Below are positions 1 through 8,800 of a stretch of 60,821 nucleotides of DNA, piece after piece. The notes under the pieces were generated by a model. It saw only the letters and a program-made list of their open reading frames with translations, searched no databases and had not been told where the DNA came from. Location of the stretch: the IMG/VR virus record IMGVR_UViG_3300025030_000111, positions 1 to 60,821 of that record. The stretch is one strand, 5' to 3'. Positions within the stretch are counted from its first letter, which is position 1, and each line of letters begins with the position of its first letter. Both the position numbers and the translations under genes were made by a program. Source of the DNA: a virus. Its lineage: Duplodnaviria > Caudoviricetes.

Positions 1-58
1 ACAAGTAAAACTGGACAGTTGGATTCCTATCAAGCAGTTTTGAAAGCGAGGTAATGAG

Positions 59-1171
59 ATGAAACTTTATGCGGTTCAGGGATTTGTCGTAGACGATCAG
101 ACTTTCAATCATGCGCCCTCCCTAAATCTTCCTAACCTGTCACTAGACACATTGGACGATTACCATCTTTCGGCAATCGTTGGTCTAGGGCCCTATCCTT
201 ATCTGGGAGCACCAATTCCTCAACATAGCAGAAAAACTCTACTGGTTCCTGCAAGGGTCCGACTTGACTATATGCAAGCAACGGGAGGAAGCCTATTTTT
301 AAAAGTCACTTGCGGGCAGCATGATGGAATTCTGACGGGGGCAGGATTTGAAATTTTTGAATTCCCGCCCCCGCATTTTCAAGGGTTAACTCATTGCCTG
401 CTTTTATTAGATTATTCCAACGGGGAACTACAAGATTCTTTGGATCACGGAAACCTCTGTATAAACCGCCAGAATTTAATATTATACTGCGCGCAATCAA
501 ATTCTGGTATTCTAAGCTTCTCTGCGAACATAGGCCAGACTCCTGCAACAGCGCCTAGTGGAATTAACAATATTACCCTACCTACCCCATCCCAGACGCC
601 AACTCCAGTTGCTGCTTGGACTGATACACTCGTCCTGTCCAGCGGAGTCAGAATCGAGCCTCAAAACAAAGATAAGTACAGCCCCGACCAAAAAGCAATT
701 GGAGTTCTCGACCCGACAATCTGGTACAAGATCCTTTCCCATGACGACAATCTGCTGGGCAGCTATGCTCTCAGCCTGGAGAAAAGAGAGATTGTCCTCT
801 TTACCTCAACTGTCCAGGAATACTCGCTGGTCCTATACTATCGTGAGCCAAACAGGGGAAATACAAAATTTTATCTGCGGCCAACGGATGTCGAAGGAGA
901 AGTCTGGGGAGAATTTTTAGAAGACTACGCGGCCTATAATCTAGATGACCCAGCCACATTAGAGTGCGTATGCCAGGCAGCAGAAGAGCTGATTCAATTC
1001 TTCACTGAAAGAAGGTATACGGAACAAGAAGCTGCGGAGGAGAATCCGGCGGCTCCCGGTAAGATCGATTGGTATGCCATAGCGGGGTTACCAATTTCCG
1101 GCAGTAACATCGTATACCCAATAATGGGGGGCGGAAGCGCCTCTACTAATGCCTCTACGGGGAGCCCATAA
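59..1171 (+). CDS. hypothetical protein (370 aa, two domains joined by a Pro/Thr linker)
   Basis: Long ORF with RBS GAGG; PTPSQTPTP linker; no family recognised. Confidence 0.7.
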   Translation: MKLYAVQGFVVDDQTFNHAPSLNLPNLSLDTLDDYHLSAIVGLGPYPYLGAPIPQHSRKTLLVPARVRLDYMQATGGSLFLKVTCGQHDGILTGAGFEIFEFPPPHFQGLTHCLLLLDYSNGELQDSLDHGNLCINRQNLILYCAQSNSGILSFSANIGQTPATAPSGINNITLPTPSQTPTPVAAWTDTLVLSSGVRIEPQNKDKYSPDQKAIGVLDPTIWYKILSHDDNLLGSYALSLEKREIVLFTSTVQEYSLVLYYREPNRGNTKFYLRPTDVEGEVWGEFLEDYAAYNLDDPATLECVCQAAEELIQFFTERRYTEQEAAEENPAAPGKIDWYAIAGLPISGSNIVYPIMGGGSASTNASTGSP

Positions 1172-1174
1172 TTT

Positions 1175-1453
1175 ATGCCAAGAGGAAAGACAAAGGAGAA
1201 CGCCGAAAGGCGATTCAGACGCTTTATCTATGAGATGCCGGAGATGGTCTATACGGGAAGCCCCTGTTGGGGCTGGTTCGGCGGCCATGATAAGGCTGGA
1301 TACCCCTGTTTCTGGTACCGGAGTCAGTCGATGCGGGCCTATCGGGCTGCTTGGTTAATCTTTAAAAAAGAGGAGCCGGTCGGGGAGATCGTGCGAAGCT
1401 GTATGAATAAATACTGTTGTAACCCGGAGCATCTAGAGGGAGAGATGAAATGA
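1175..1453 (+). CDS. short, degenerate HNH-endonuclease-like protein
   Basis: CWxWxG...GY...RAYRAAW...CxNxxCCNPEHL pattern of phage HNH proteins; the His normally found before CxN is absent (IVRSC). Confidence 0.6.
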   Translation: MPRGKTKENAERRFRRFIYEMPEMVYTGSPCWGWFGGHDKAGYPCFWYRSQSMRAYRAAWLIFKKEEPVGEIVRSCMNKYCCNPEHLEGEMK

Positions 1454-2733
1454 GCGTTCTTTTTGAAAAGTACAAGACAAAGAGTTCCAACGGTTTAACT
1501 CTCTATCAAATTCCGATGGGAGAAGCCATAGACACCTTTTTAGAACTAGAGGAGGCGTATAAGAACTTTTCTAAACTTCCTTATAGTTCTGGCTGGTCGG
1601 TAGCAAGACAACAAATAGTAGAGCGTAGAGCAGAAATAAGAAAACTACTAGACAAATTTATTATACACGCCAGCTCATCAGAGTGAGGCAGCAAAAAGGA
1701 GTATAAATATGTGGCCATTTTCAAAGACGGCGCGTTCCTCAATGTCAACTGTTGTTCGTGCTCCCTCAGAAAAAGATCTGGAGGAAAGCGGACCAAAAAA
1801 ATACGAGCTGATAATCTATGCAGAGGCCGCCTCTAAAAGTGCTCTCGCCGGATTAATCGGAGAGGCGGCGGGCTATTTACGATTTGGGTCTGGAAATGGC
1901 AGATACTCCGACTCCAGGGGCTTCATAGAGTACCAAGCTAAGCCTGTAAAAGGGGAAATACGAGACACTGACGGGCCTTATATGATTCCTTATATCAGAA
2001 CTGAGATGCAGGTGTGGGATGACGAGGAGAGGCAGAGGAAAGAAGAATCAGAGAGAGACAACAAAAAAGGAGTATAAAAGCCATGACGGAATTCGATAAA
2101 TTGGGGGATTTCCTACATAAATTTATACTTCTCGTCGCAGAGAAGGAACAGGAGGAAAACTTCCTACGCGGAGGCATGAGCTTAAAATACTTGGAACTTC
2201 AGGAGGAGCTGGAACAGATGCAGGATCAGCTCAACCAAGTCGAGATTCGGAGAAGCAAGCCATGATCTGGTTAATCGTCTTAAATCTCATTATCCTGACC
2301 TGGGCGTTGGCCCTCTGGGTGATGTGGCGCTCTCGGAGGGGATAAAATGAAGTTACTTTTTTGTTCCAAGGGCTGTTTTGATATCATACGACTATTCCAT
2401 GAGGAGAGAAGTTGTGTCTGTGGTAAGGTCAAGGGGAGATATTTGAAGGACGGCCATTATGCTGAGTATTCAGGAGAGGGGGCGGTGCCCCTGGGAATGG
2501 ACAATCACGAATTTACACAGACTTTGAAACAGTGGCCAAACTGGAAGCACAGCAGAGGCTTAAGATTCGACGCCTTTTTTATCGGAAAAAATTGTAAAAC
2601 CTTCGTCAATTTGGATGCCCCGGCGGGGCCTGTTCAGGTCGATCCGGAAATCAGACAAATCGCCGACAGGGAGAAGATTGTCCAAGAGGTCATTGCTGAG
2701 TTAATAAAAAATGGAGTACTGACAGACCCATGA
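1450..2733 (+). CDS. cluster of small hypothetical phage genes (1450-1686, 1709-2077, 2083-2265, 2347-2733)
   Basis: Consecutive ORFs with SD motifs; 2347-2733 has the Cys motif CSKGC...CVCG. Confidence 0.6.
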
Positions 2734-4044
2734 GCGTTAGGTGGGTGGGGAAGCGTCATCCTCATTCTTTCCAAAAGTCCCCTGATAATTTAAAACTTGT
2801 GGAATAATTATGCTATAATAAAAGTATGGAGATCAAACAGACGATTCAAATTCTGATCGAACCTGACGAAGACCTCAGAGAAACTCTGGAAGCTTTTCGT
2901 CAAGTAAAACAGAGCTTGTCTAACCCCTGTTTTAATGCTGGTGATCCTCTCAATCAAATTGAGTTGCATAGATCCTCCTACTCTTCTGTGGCAGGGAAGG
3001 TTAACTCCCAAATGACCTGCTCTGCGATCCGTCTTGTGGCTGCTTCCTATATTACAGCCAAGCGGAATGGGCATAAGATTGATAAATTCTTCAACTTTAA
3101 ACGGAGACACGCCCTCTTCTTGATTGGTAAGAAGGGGCGGGACGCAGACTTTCGTAAAGACGGTACGCTCTCCATTTGGACAGTATCGGGGCGAAAGCGT
3201 ATTAACTACACTGTTCCTGAATACTTTAAACCCTTTCTCAGAGAGGCGAAAGAGATCGATTCGATTAATGTCGTCGATCGTAAGGGACGGCTGATCGGCC
3301 TTGTTTGCCTCGCCCTGGAAGTTCCTGATCCTAAAGGGATTCACCCCGTCGGCGTCGATCTTAATGAGACAAACGTTCTTGTGGCTGTAGATGCTGATAA
3401 CCAAGAATTGTTTATCCCTGGGATTTCCCACAGCGTCGCCAATACCAAGACCAGGAAGACCAAAAAGAGACTCCAGAGAAAACTTTCGAGCCGCAAGGCA
3501 GAGAAGCGAGATACCAGATCGGTACGCCGTCTTCTCAAACGGCTTGCTCGTAAGCAATCTAACAGGACTAAAACCTTCTGTCAAACCGTTGCTAAGCAGT
3601 TTGTCAGTTGGTGTCCCGAAGATTCGGTTATTGTTTTGGAAGATTTGAAAATTCCAAAAGTATCCAAGAAGATGAAGGCCAAGAAGGGCGTTCAACGTAG
3701 ACTCTCTCAGTGGGCTAGAGGAACTCTGACAACCTGGATTAACTCCAATGCTGAAAAGCGTGGAATCCTGGTGGTCAAAGTCAACCCCGCTTACACATCG
3801 CAGGACTGCTCCCGGTGTGGTTTGAGAGGAATTCGTCACCGTCATAAGTTCCTCTGTCCTTCCTGTTCCTTCTCGGCTCACGCTGACTTAAATGCGGCGG
3901 TAAACATTAGAAACCGCTATACTGTGCTCCGGCACAGTGGGGCTCTGTCAATGGCCCCTGAAGCCCTGCCTACAAGTACCGTTCAGGTACACTCTGGCGA
4001 GGGCAAACTCACGCGATACCGCAAGGTTAGCGGGAGTAATTGAT
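2732..4044 (+). mobile_element. IS200/IS605-family non-autonomous element carrying tnpB only (IS1341-like)
   Basis: Left-end hairpin at about 2744-2768 following CCAT; tnpB; structured right end terminating in AATTGAT; no tnpA. Deleting 2732-4044 restores GACCCATGAGTGAC. Boundaries are ambiguous by a few bp because ATGAG occurs at both sides. Confidence 0.82.
2826..4043 (+). CDS. tnpB: RNA-guided endonuclease TnpB
   Basis: RuvC-I VGVDLN, RuvC-II IVLEDL, Zn ribbon CSRCG/CPSC, RuvC-III ADLNAAVNI, all intact; extended -10 TGCTATAAT upstream. Confidence 0.95.
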   Translation: MEIKQTIQILIEPDEDLRETLEAFRQVKQSLSNPCFNAGDPLNQIELHRSSYSSVAGKVNSQMTCSAIRLVAASYITAKRNGHKIDKFFNFKRRHALFLIGKKGRDADFRKDGTLSIWTVSGRKRINYTVPEYFKPFLREAKEIDSINVVDRKGRLIGLVCLALEVPDPKGIHPVGVDLNETNVLVAVDADNQELFIPGISHSVANTKTRKTKKRLQRKLSSRKAEKRDTRSVRRLLKRLARKQSNRTKTFCQTVAKQFVSWCPEDSVIVLEDLKIPKVSKKMKAKKGVQRRLSQWARGTLTTWINSNAEKRGILVVKVNPAYTSQDCSRCGLRGIRHRHKFLCPSCSFSAHADLNAAVNIRNRYTVLRHSGALSMAPEALPTSTVQVHSGEGKLTRYRKVSGSN

Positions 4045-4064
4045 GAGTGACATCCTATTCTCTT
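3890..4064 (+). ncRNA. TnpB omegaRNA (reRNA) scaffold overlapping the tnpB 3' end; guide about 4045-4064 (GAGTGACATCCTATTCTCTT)
   Basis: Stacked hairpins (ACTGTGC/GCACAGT, GGGGC/GCCCC, GCCCT..AGGGC, ACTC..GAGT); loop GTCAAT can pair with the terminal ATTGAT; matches the known TnpB arrangement; 5' end is approximate. Confidence 0.7.
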
Positions 4065-5914
4065 ATCCTGTCCCTGCCGGAACCTTGGTAACGGCAGAGT
4101 TAGTGGTGGAGCTGGCTTACCGGGCCGCCTCGGAAGGTAAGATCGGCCGAGAGACGGCTAACCACCTCAAATGGCAGCAACTTCAGGAAATCCCTGAAGA
4201 CTGGAACGAGGATGTACAGGATATTGTTGAATTTTTTAGAGAGGGGTCGTAATGTCCAGTTCGATATCTGAAGACGATTGGAATAGAATTTGCTGGTACC
4301 TAGAAAATCATTACGATATCTCTATCCCCAAAGACGAGTTTAGCCCGTCCTATCGAGTCTGCTTTGCCCCTGACGGCAGGCAATGTATGGAGCTAAAAGC
4401 AACCGATCTAAGAACGGGGCAAGAATATCTTTTAACCACGGGCTACGATTCGGCCCCAACTAGCAAAAATGCTGGCCTTAATTGGGCCTTCGACCAAGTA
4501 AAACTTATTGTGAATTTGTTCATGTCTATTCATACCCCGAGCTGGATTGAGGAGTTAAAACTGTGATGAGCTGTTTAACTTTCTGGTGGACCACTCTAAT
4601 TTCAATTTATCTTCCTGCGGTTGTGGCCGTATTACTCTGTTTTCTTTTACTTGCCCCGGTAATTCTACTCTGTATGTTCTCCTTTTATCTAGCCCAAGAA
4701 AAGTTTCGTATCCCCTGGCTAACCGTTCCCATATACCTTTTCCTCTGTACCAACTATTTTATCTTCTTAGTCGTTACAATTCATACCCTAGGTAATTGCT
4801 TAGGAGTGGTACAATGAAAGATTATAGTTTAGTAAGCGATTCAGAACTGGCACAAGATTTATTGGACACTATCCAAGAATGTAAAAGACTGAAACAGGAA
4901 CTTGGAACCAGAGGCTACAGAGTTAATTTTCTAGGTGCAGAAAATGAAATTCCCTCCGTGAACGAGATTTACAAAAATGTTCCTCTGCTAGGAAGAAATA
5001 GGGAGGTAATCTACTATGAGTAAAACTACCAAACCTGCGGCGACGCACAATGCTGAGGTCGCTACTGAATACCAGAACCAGGAAGCTCAATCTTCTATTC
5101 CCCATGCCAAAAGTTCTCAATATTTCCAGGGGGCGGCCAAACCGTATGACAAAGATGTAAGTTGCGCTTGTGGAGGCCCCCTCTTCAAGTCAGAGCTAGG
5201 AATTACCCAATTTGATAAACCTGAAAAAGTATTTGTATTCTGTGGGCGCTGTGCCCAGGTATCTATTGTGTTGGAGAGCCAATAATGACTAGAGAGAAAG
5301 AAAAAACACAAGAAGAGCTTTTCCAGCTTACCGCCAATCGCCAGCAGTTTGAGCTAATCAGCCGGGGCCTGGAACTTCTATCTAGAGTTCGCGCAGGACA
5401 GTTAACCTATCTGCGAGATGAACTAATCGGTGTCGAAGGTGTCACCGAAGATTACGAAGCCCTCCACACTGCCCTAGAAGCCCTCCATCACACTGTCTTT
5501 CCCCAGGATGCCTATAACGAGTCCAACCATAGCCGGAAGGACTGCTGGGAATGCTATGATATCCAACAAGTTATCCGAAATGGGTTAAGCTGGTCCAAAT
5601 ACCCGGAGGGAGATTGTACGAGAAGTTTTGACGAGCCCATGCTCTTCGGCCAGGAGCCTCACCCATACCTGATGCGCTGGAACGGGACTGAGGCTACAAG
5701 GATTAGAAATCAAATAAACAAAAAATACTTCCTCCGGGATGCGTTTTCCGATCTCATCAAAACTTCCGACCTACAAGACGGGATTGAGATTCTGAAAAAA
5801 TGGAAGGAAGCTTACGATATCCAGGAAGAGGCCATGGCAGAGGCCCGGAAATTCTTCGGAGAAAAATCTTATGATACAATTATGGACTCTTTCAAAACTC
5901 CCGGGGAGGTTTAA
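4043..5914 (+). CDS. cluster of hypothetical genes (4043-4252, 4252-4566, 4566-4817 two-TM membrane protein, 4814-5023, 5016-5285 Zn-ribbon, 5285-5914)
   Basis: Translationally coupled ORFs; hydrophobic stretches in 4566-4817; CxCG...CxxC in 5016-5285. Confidence 0.6.
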
Positions 5915-6078
5915 TGAAGGGAATACTGACTGGTACGGACGGCTCTCGTGTTCTTTTAAAGATCGGCGAAGAGCAGGCTGTTACCGTGTGGCTGGAACCA
6001 CAAGAGGCACGTTTTCTAGCGGCTCAGTTGAATTTACTGTCTGATCAGGCGGAGGAAAGGTCAACTACCTCCCCCTAA
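5914..6078 (+). CDS. small hypothetical protein (54 aa, MKGILTGTDG...EERSTTSP), not in the ORF track
   Basis: RBS GGAGG; TAATG overlap with the upstream gene; the last codons are supplied by the micro-element at 6060. Confidence 0.6.
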   Translation: MKGILTGTDGSRVLLKIGEEQAVTVWLEPQEARFLAAQLNLLSDQAEERSTTSP

Positions 6079-6093
6079 AGGAGTTGGTCCGCG
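6060..6093 (+). mobile_element. 34-bp IscB/IS200-type micro-element or collapsed remnant
   Basis: Begins GTCAACTAC, as the iscB element does at 35723; CTCC-CCCTAAA-GGAG hairpin; ends TCCGCG (iscB right end has TCCCGCG); followed by ATGA; deleting it restores GAA AGA TGA with overlapping ATG. Confidence 0.65.
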
Positions 6094-6522
6094 ATGAAGT
6101 TATTTGGGTTTATGTTAGAGGACGCTAAGGGAATCTGGAAGAAATTCCAGGAGTCAGAGCGAAAGTTAAGAAATTCCCAGGAGTTGATCTACGCCCTAAT
6201 TCAGATTATCTTAATGCTGCGGTACGAATTGAGGCAGAAAAAGGAATATGAGTTATCTGATAGGGTAAGGAATTATCTAGCTCTCAAAGGTATTCAGGCA
6301 AAAGATCCGGGTAAGGGGGGTCAAGAGGTTTTTAGGTACACAATTTCTTTGGATAAACCAAAAGAACTAACACTTCTGACCGATTTAGAATGGATGAACC
6401 GAATGGGTGCCCTTGACTCTCTCTGCTGCCGGGACCGGCATTACGATCCGGTTGTTTGGTTAAAGCCTAAACCCAATAAGGAATTTGAAGCCTACAAGAA
6501 AGGTCTACAAGGAAAGGAGTAA
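6094..6522 (+). CDS. hypothetical protein with a CysRS C-terminal (anticodon-binding)-like segment
   Basis: LRYELRQKKEYELSDRVRNYLALKGIQAKD resembles the R..AR..KDW..AD.IRD.L...GI.L.D motif of CysRS. Confidence 0.5.
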   Translation: MKLFGFMLEDAKGIWKKFQESERKLRNSQELIYALIQIILMLRYELRQKKEYELSDRVRNYLALKGIQAKDPGKGGQEVFRYTISLDKPKELTLLTDLEWMNRMGALDSLCCRDRHYDPVVWLKPKPNKEFEAYKKGLQGKE

Positions 6523-6526
6523 ATAA

Positions 6527-7168
6527 ATGGAAAAAAGATTTACGCTTGGTTTTGGGCGTACAAAAGGAACAGAGTACTCACTGATTTCATTGCGTCAGGG
6601 CAAGGGATTGGAGATCTTCGGCTGGTCTAAAAACGAAAAAAAGGACTGGGTAGAACTTAATTTCGACACTTTTGCCCAACTTCGGGACTTCATAGCAATT
6701 CTTCAGAGAGAGCTGGACAATTATCTGACTCGTGATCTGAACGCTGAGAAGGAAGAGATCGAAAGAGTAACCTATATTCAAAATAATGACTACTATAACG
6801 AGGAAGCACACTCCGCCTTGGAGTTATTAGGAGGGGTTACGATTACCGGACCAACAGATAATGGGTGGTGGACAGCTAAAGCGAATGGAAGTGTTGTGGG
6901 ACCGAAAAATTTATCGACCATTATCGCTTCCGGGAAATGTAAAAACGGTGCCGTCAATCTACTCTTTGCCAATATTACGGCTCAGGATACCGTTCTTCAA
7001 CTTCCTGGTAGGGAAGGGCTGTTGAGATGGTCTGGAACCTATTGGGAACCCTGCTCTCCCCCGCCGAGTAATCCCTTTTACCGGGAACAGAACTCCAGAC
7101 TCCTTTCTGTTTTTACGGAGGGCGTACAGCCGGTTGGAATTCTCGATCTTTCGCCCACGGACGAATAA
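6527..7168 (+). CDS. hypothetical protein
   Basis: 213-aa ORF with RBS AAGGAG. Confidence 0.65.
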   Translation: MEKRFTLGFGRTKGTEYSLISLRQGKGLEIFGWSKNEKKDWVELNFDTFAQLRDFIAILQRELDNYLTRDLNAEKEEIERVTYIQNNDYYNEEAHSALELLGGVTITGPTDNGWWTAKANGSVVGPKNLSTIIASGKCKNGAVNLLFANITAQDTVLQLPGREGLLRWSGTYWEPCSPPPSNPFYREQNSRLLSVFTEGVQPVGILDLSPTDE

Positions 7169-7258
7169 AGACCCTACAAGGATAATCAATTTTATACTAG
7201 AAATAGCACAATAGGTTTTTCCGTCAGTAGTAAAAATAGCGGGAGCGGGTACACCACT

Positions 7259-7378
7259 CCGCCCATTCGCTGATTTTTTGGCGCCCCCCGCCCATTTTTG
7301 GGCCCATTTTTCCGCCCATTTTATTGGTTACATGCAGGAAACCTAAACTCTATGGTTTAATGCAGGTTATCTAATCTC
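7259..7378. repeat. four GCCCATT(TT) repeats with phased T-tracts, followed by two imperfect 27-bp tandem repeats
   Basis: (CC/G)GCCCATT at 7259, 7288, 7301 and 7312; TTGGTTACATGCAGGAAACCTAAACTC (7324-7350) vs ATGGTTTAATGCAGGTTATCTAATCTC (7352-7378). Confidence 0.7.
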
Positions 7379-7408
7379 CAGTCACTAGGCCAATAAGTGC
7401 CGTGGGGA

Positions 7409-7437
7409 TTGACACCGTAACCCGGTCTTGGTACGAT
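7409..7437 (+). promoter_or_regulatory. strong sigma70-type (early) promoter
   Basis: TTGACA-17 bp-TACGAT with an extended TG. Confidence 0.8.
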
Positions 7438-7509
7438 GGGGGTATCGATCAGTGCCGACTGACCGAAGACACGGGGTAGCGCCCGCCATAGTCGGCTAAG
7501 AACTGTATC

Positions 7510-7546
7510 GCCGTAACCAGACGGCATGAACCTTGACAACTGAATA
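7510..7546 (+). promoter_or_regulatory. putative boxB-boxA antitermination site in the leader RNA
   Basis: Hairpin GCCGT-AACCAG-ACGGC followed by GAACCTTGACAACTGAATA, resembling rrn boxA; no -10 lies 17 bp downstream of this TTGACA. Confidence 0.5.
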
Positions 7547-7596
7547 AGGTAGGAAGCTCCGACAGGCGCTACAAGCGCCATAAAGGAGCATCAAAT

Positions 7597-8133
7597 ATGT
7601 CTAAAAAGTCCTTAGCGCCTGTACACGCTATCCCCTCACGGGCACTTGCAATAGAGTCGAACGCCGCGCCTGCTGCCACGCTCATCGTATCGTCTGAGGC
7701 GGCCACAAACCGCTTTGAGACGTTGATAGAGCCCAAACAGGTTGGGCAAGACGCAGACGGTAACCCCGTCTACGCCGATGGTATGGCAGTGGATGTATCC
7801 GGTTTGGCCGGTTACTTCGCCGCCCTTTCCATCGAAAGTCTGTTACGGATTGACCGTCTGAAGTTTGACGGGGCGTTCGATAGCACAGCTTGGTTAACAG
7901 TAAGCCAGTATTTTCTCGCTATCTCTCCTGAACGTTCTAGCGACGTTCAGACTGATTCTGAGAAGATGACCGGCTCTAAATCCGGTAGCAAGCCCGCCGA
8001 AAGGCAATACCGCAAGCTGGCCATGCCGGACTTGCGCCGGAAAGAAACGCCTCACCGTGCCGCCTGCTTGCTTAAGGCAAAAGAGGCGGCAAGCAATGCC
8101 CTTAATTCAAAGTTATTCCCCACAAAGGAGTAA
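7597..8133 (+). CDS. hypothetical protein, first gene after the early promoter
   Basis: RBS AAGGAG; 178 aa. Confidence 0.7.
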   Translation: MSKKSLAPVHAIPSRALAIESNAAPAATLIVSSEAATNRFETLIEPKQVGQDADGNPVYADGMAVDVSGLAGYFAALSIESLLRIDRLKFDGAFDSTAWLTVSQYFLAISPERSSDVQTDSEKMTGSKSGSKPAERQYRKLAMPDLRRKETPHRAACLLKAKEAASNALNSKLFPTKE

Positions 8134-8138
8134 CTGTT

Positions 8139-8420
8139 ATGGGTATGGTTTATGCCCCTGTACCCAAACGAGTACAGGGAACCATGGCGAAATGGTTAAT
8201 TTCTCTCTCTATTGGGGACTTCCAACGAGTTATCAGGGAACTACTAGGTTCCCCGACTAAACTAGGTTCCCAATTCATCTTTCCCTGTACTGGCTTTAAG
8301 CGCCTAGCCTGGGAAGACCAACAAGGTGTGATTGACGCGCTCCAACATCGGTTGAGAAGCAAGCTCAATCAAGCGCAGTCCCAATGGGTTAACCGATGGT
8401 TGAATGCCATCACCTATTAG
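8139..8420 (+). CDS. hypothetical protein
   Basis: RBS AAGGAG; 93 aa; contains ACTAGGTTCCC twice. Confidence 0.5.
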   Translation: MGMVYAPVPKRVQGTMAKWLISLSIGDFQRVIRELLGSPTKLGSQFIFPCTGFKRLAWEDQQGVIDALQHRLRSKLNQAQSQWVNRWLNAITY

Positions 8421-8449
8421 TAAAATGAGCTTTCTACCTTATTCTTTGT

Positions 8450-8800
8450 CACTAGGTTCTAATTGGTTCTACTCGAATAGAATCAATTAGAGTCTAGCAA
8501 ACTCTTCCTAAGGTCACTTGGGAACCACGGCGGAATTGACCGTCAAGCGAGGTCATCCCCTCACGCTGACCACGTGAGACATAGGCCGGAGGTATAGCCT
8601 GTCAGGGGCTAAAGTACCCTGGATAGACAGGCGAAGGGGATGTATGGCAATTTGCCATACATCCACAAACCCGCATGGGGATTCATTCCCTATGATCGGG
8701 GACTTTTCCATGTCTACTTTTTATTTTTCCAGCCTAGACAGGATAATCACGGAGAGGACTTCTCCTCTTTCTCATTTGGGAGAGGAGAGGAGTAATTGAC
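8450..8800 (+). ncRNA. putative highly structured non-coding RNA (possibly an orphan TnpB-type omegaRNA)
   Basis: About 350 nt with no credible ORF and at least 7 hairpins; ends in a hairpin plus GGAGTAATTGAC, compared with the tnpB right end GGAGTAATTGAT. Confidence 0.45.

Noticed and set aside
2808-3881. Long antisense ORFs opposite tnpB (2808-3881), iscB (36282-37292), the AAA ATPase and 41502-42317
   Set aside because: Shadow frames of well-supported + strand genes, with no recognisable motifs
7533-7538. Second sigma70 promoter at TTGACA 7533
   Set aside because: No -10 hexamer at 16-18 bp spacing; interpreted instead as part of a boxA-like motif
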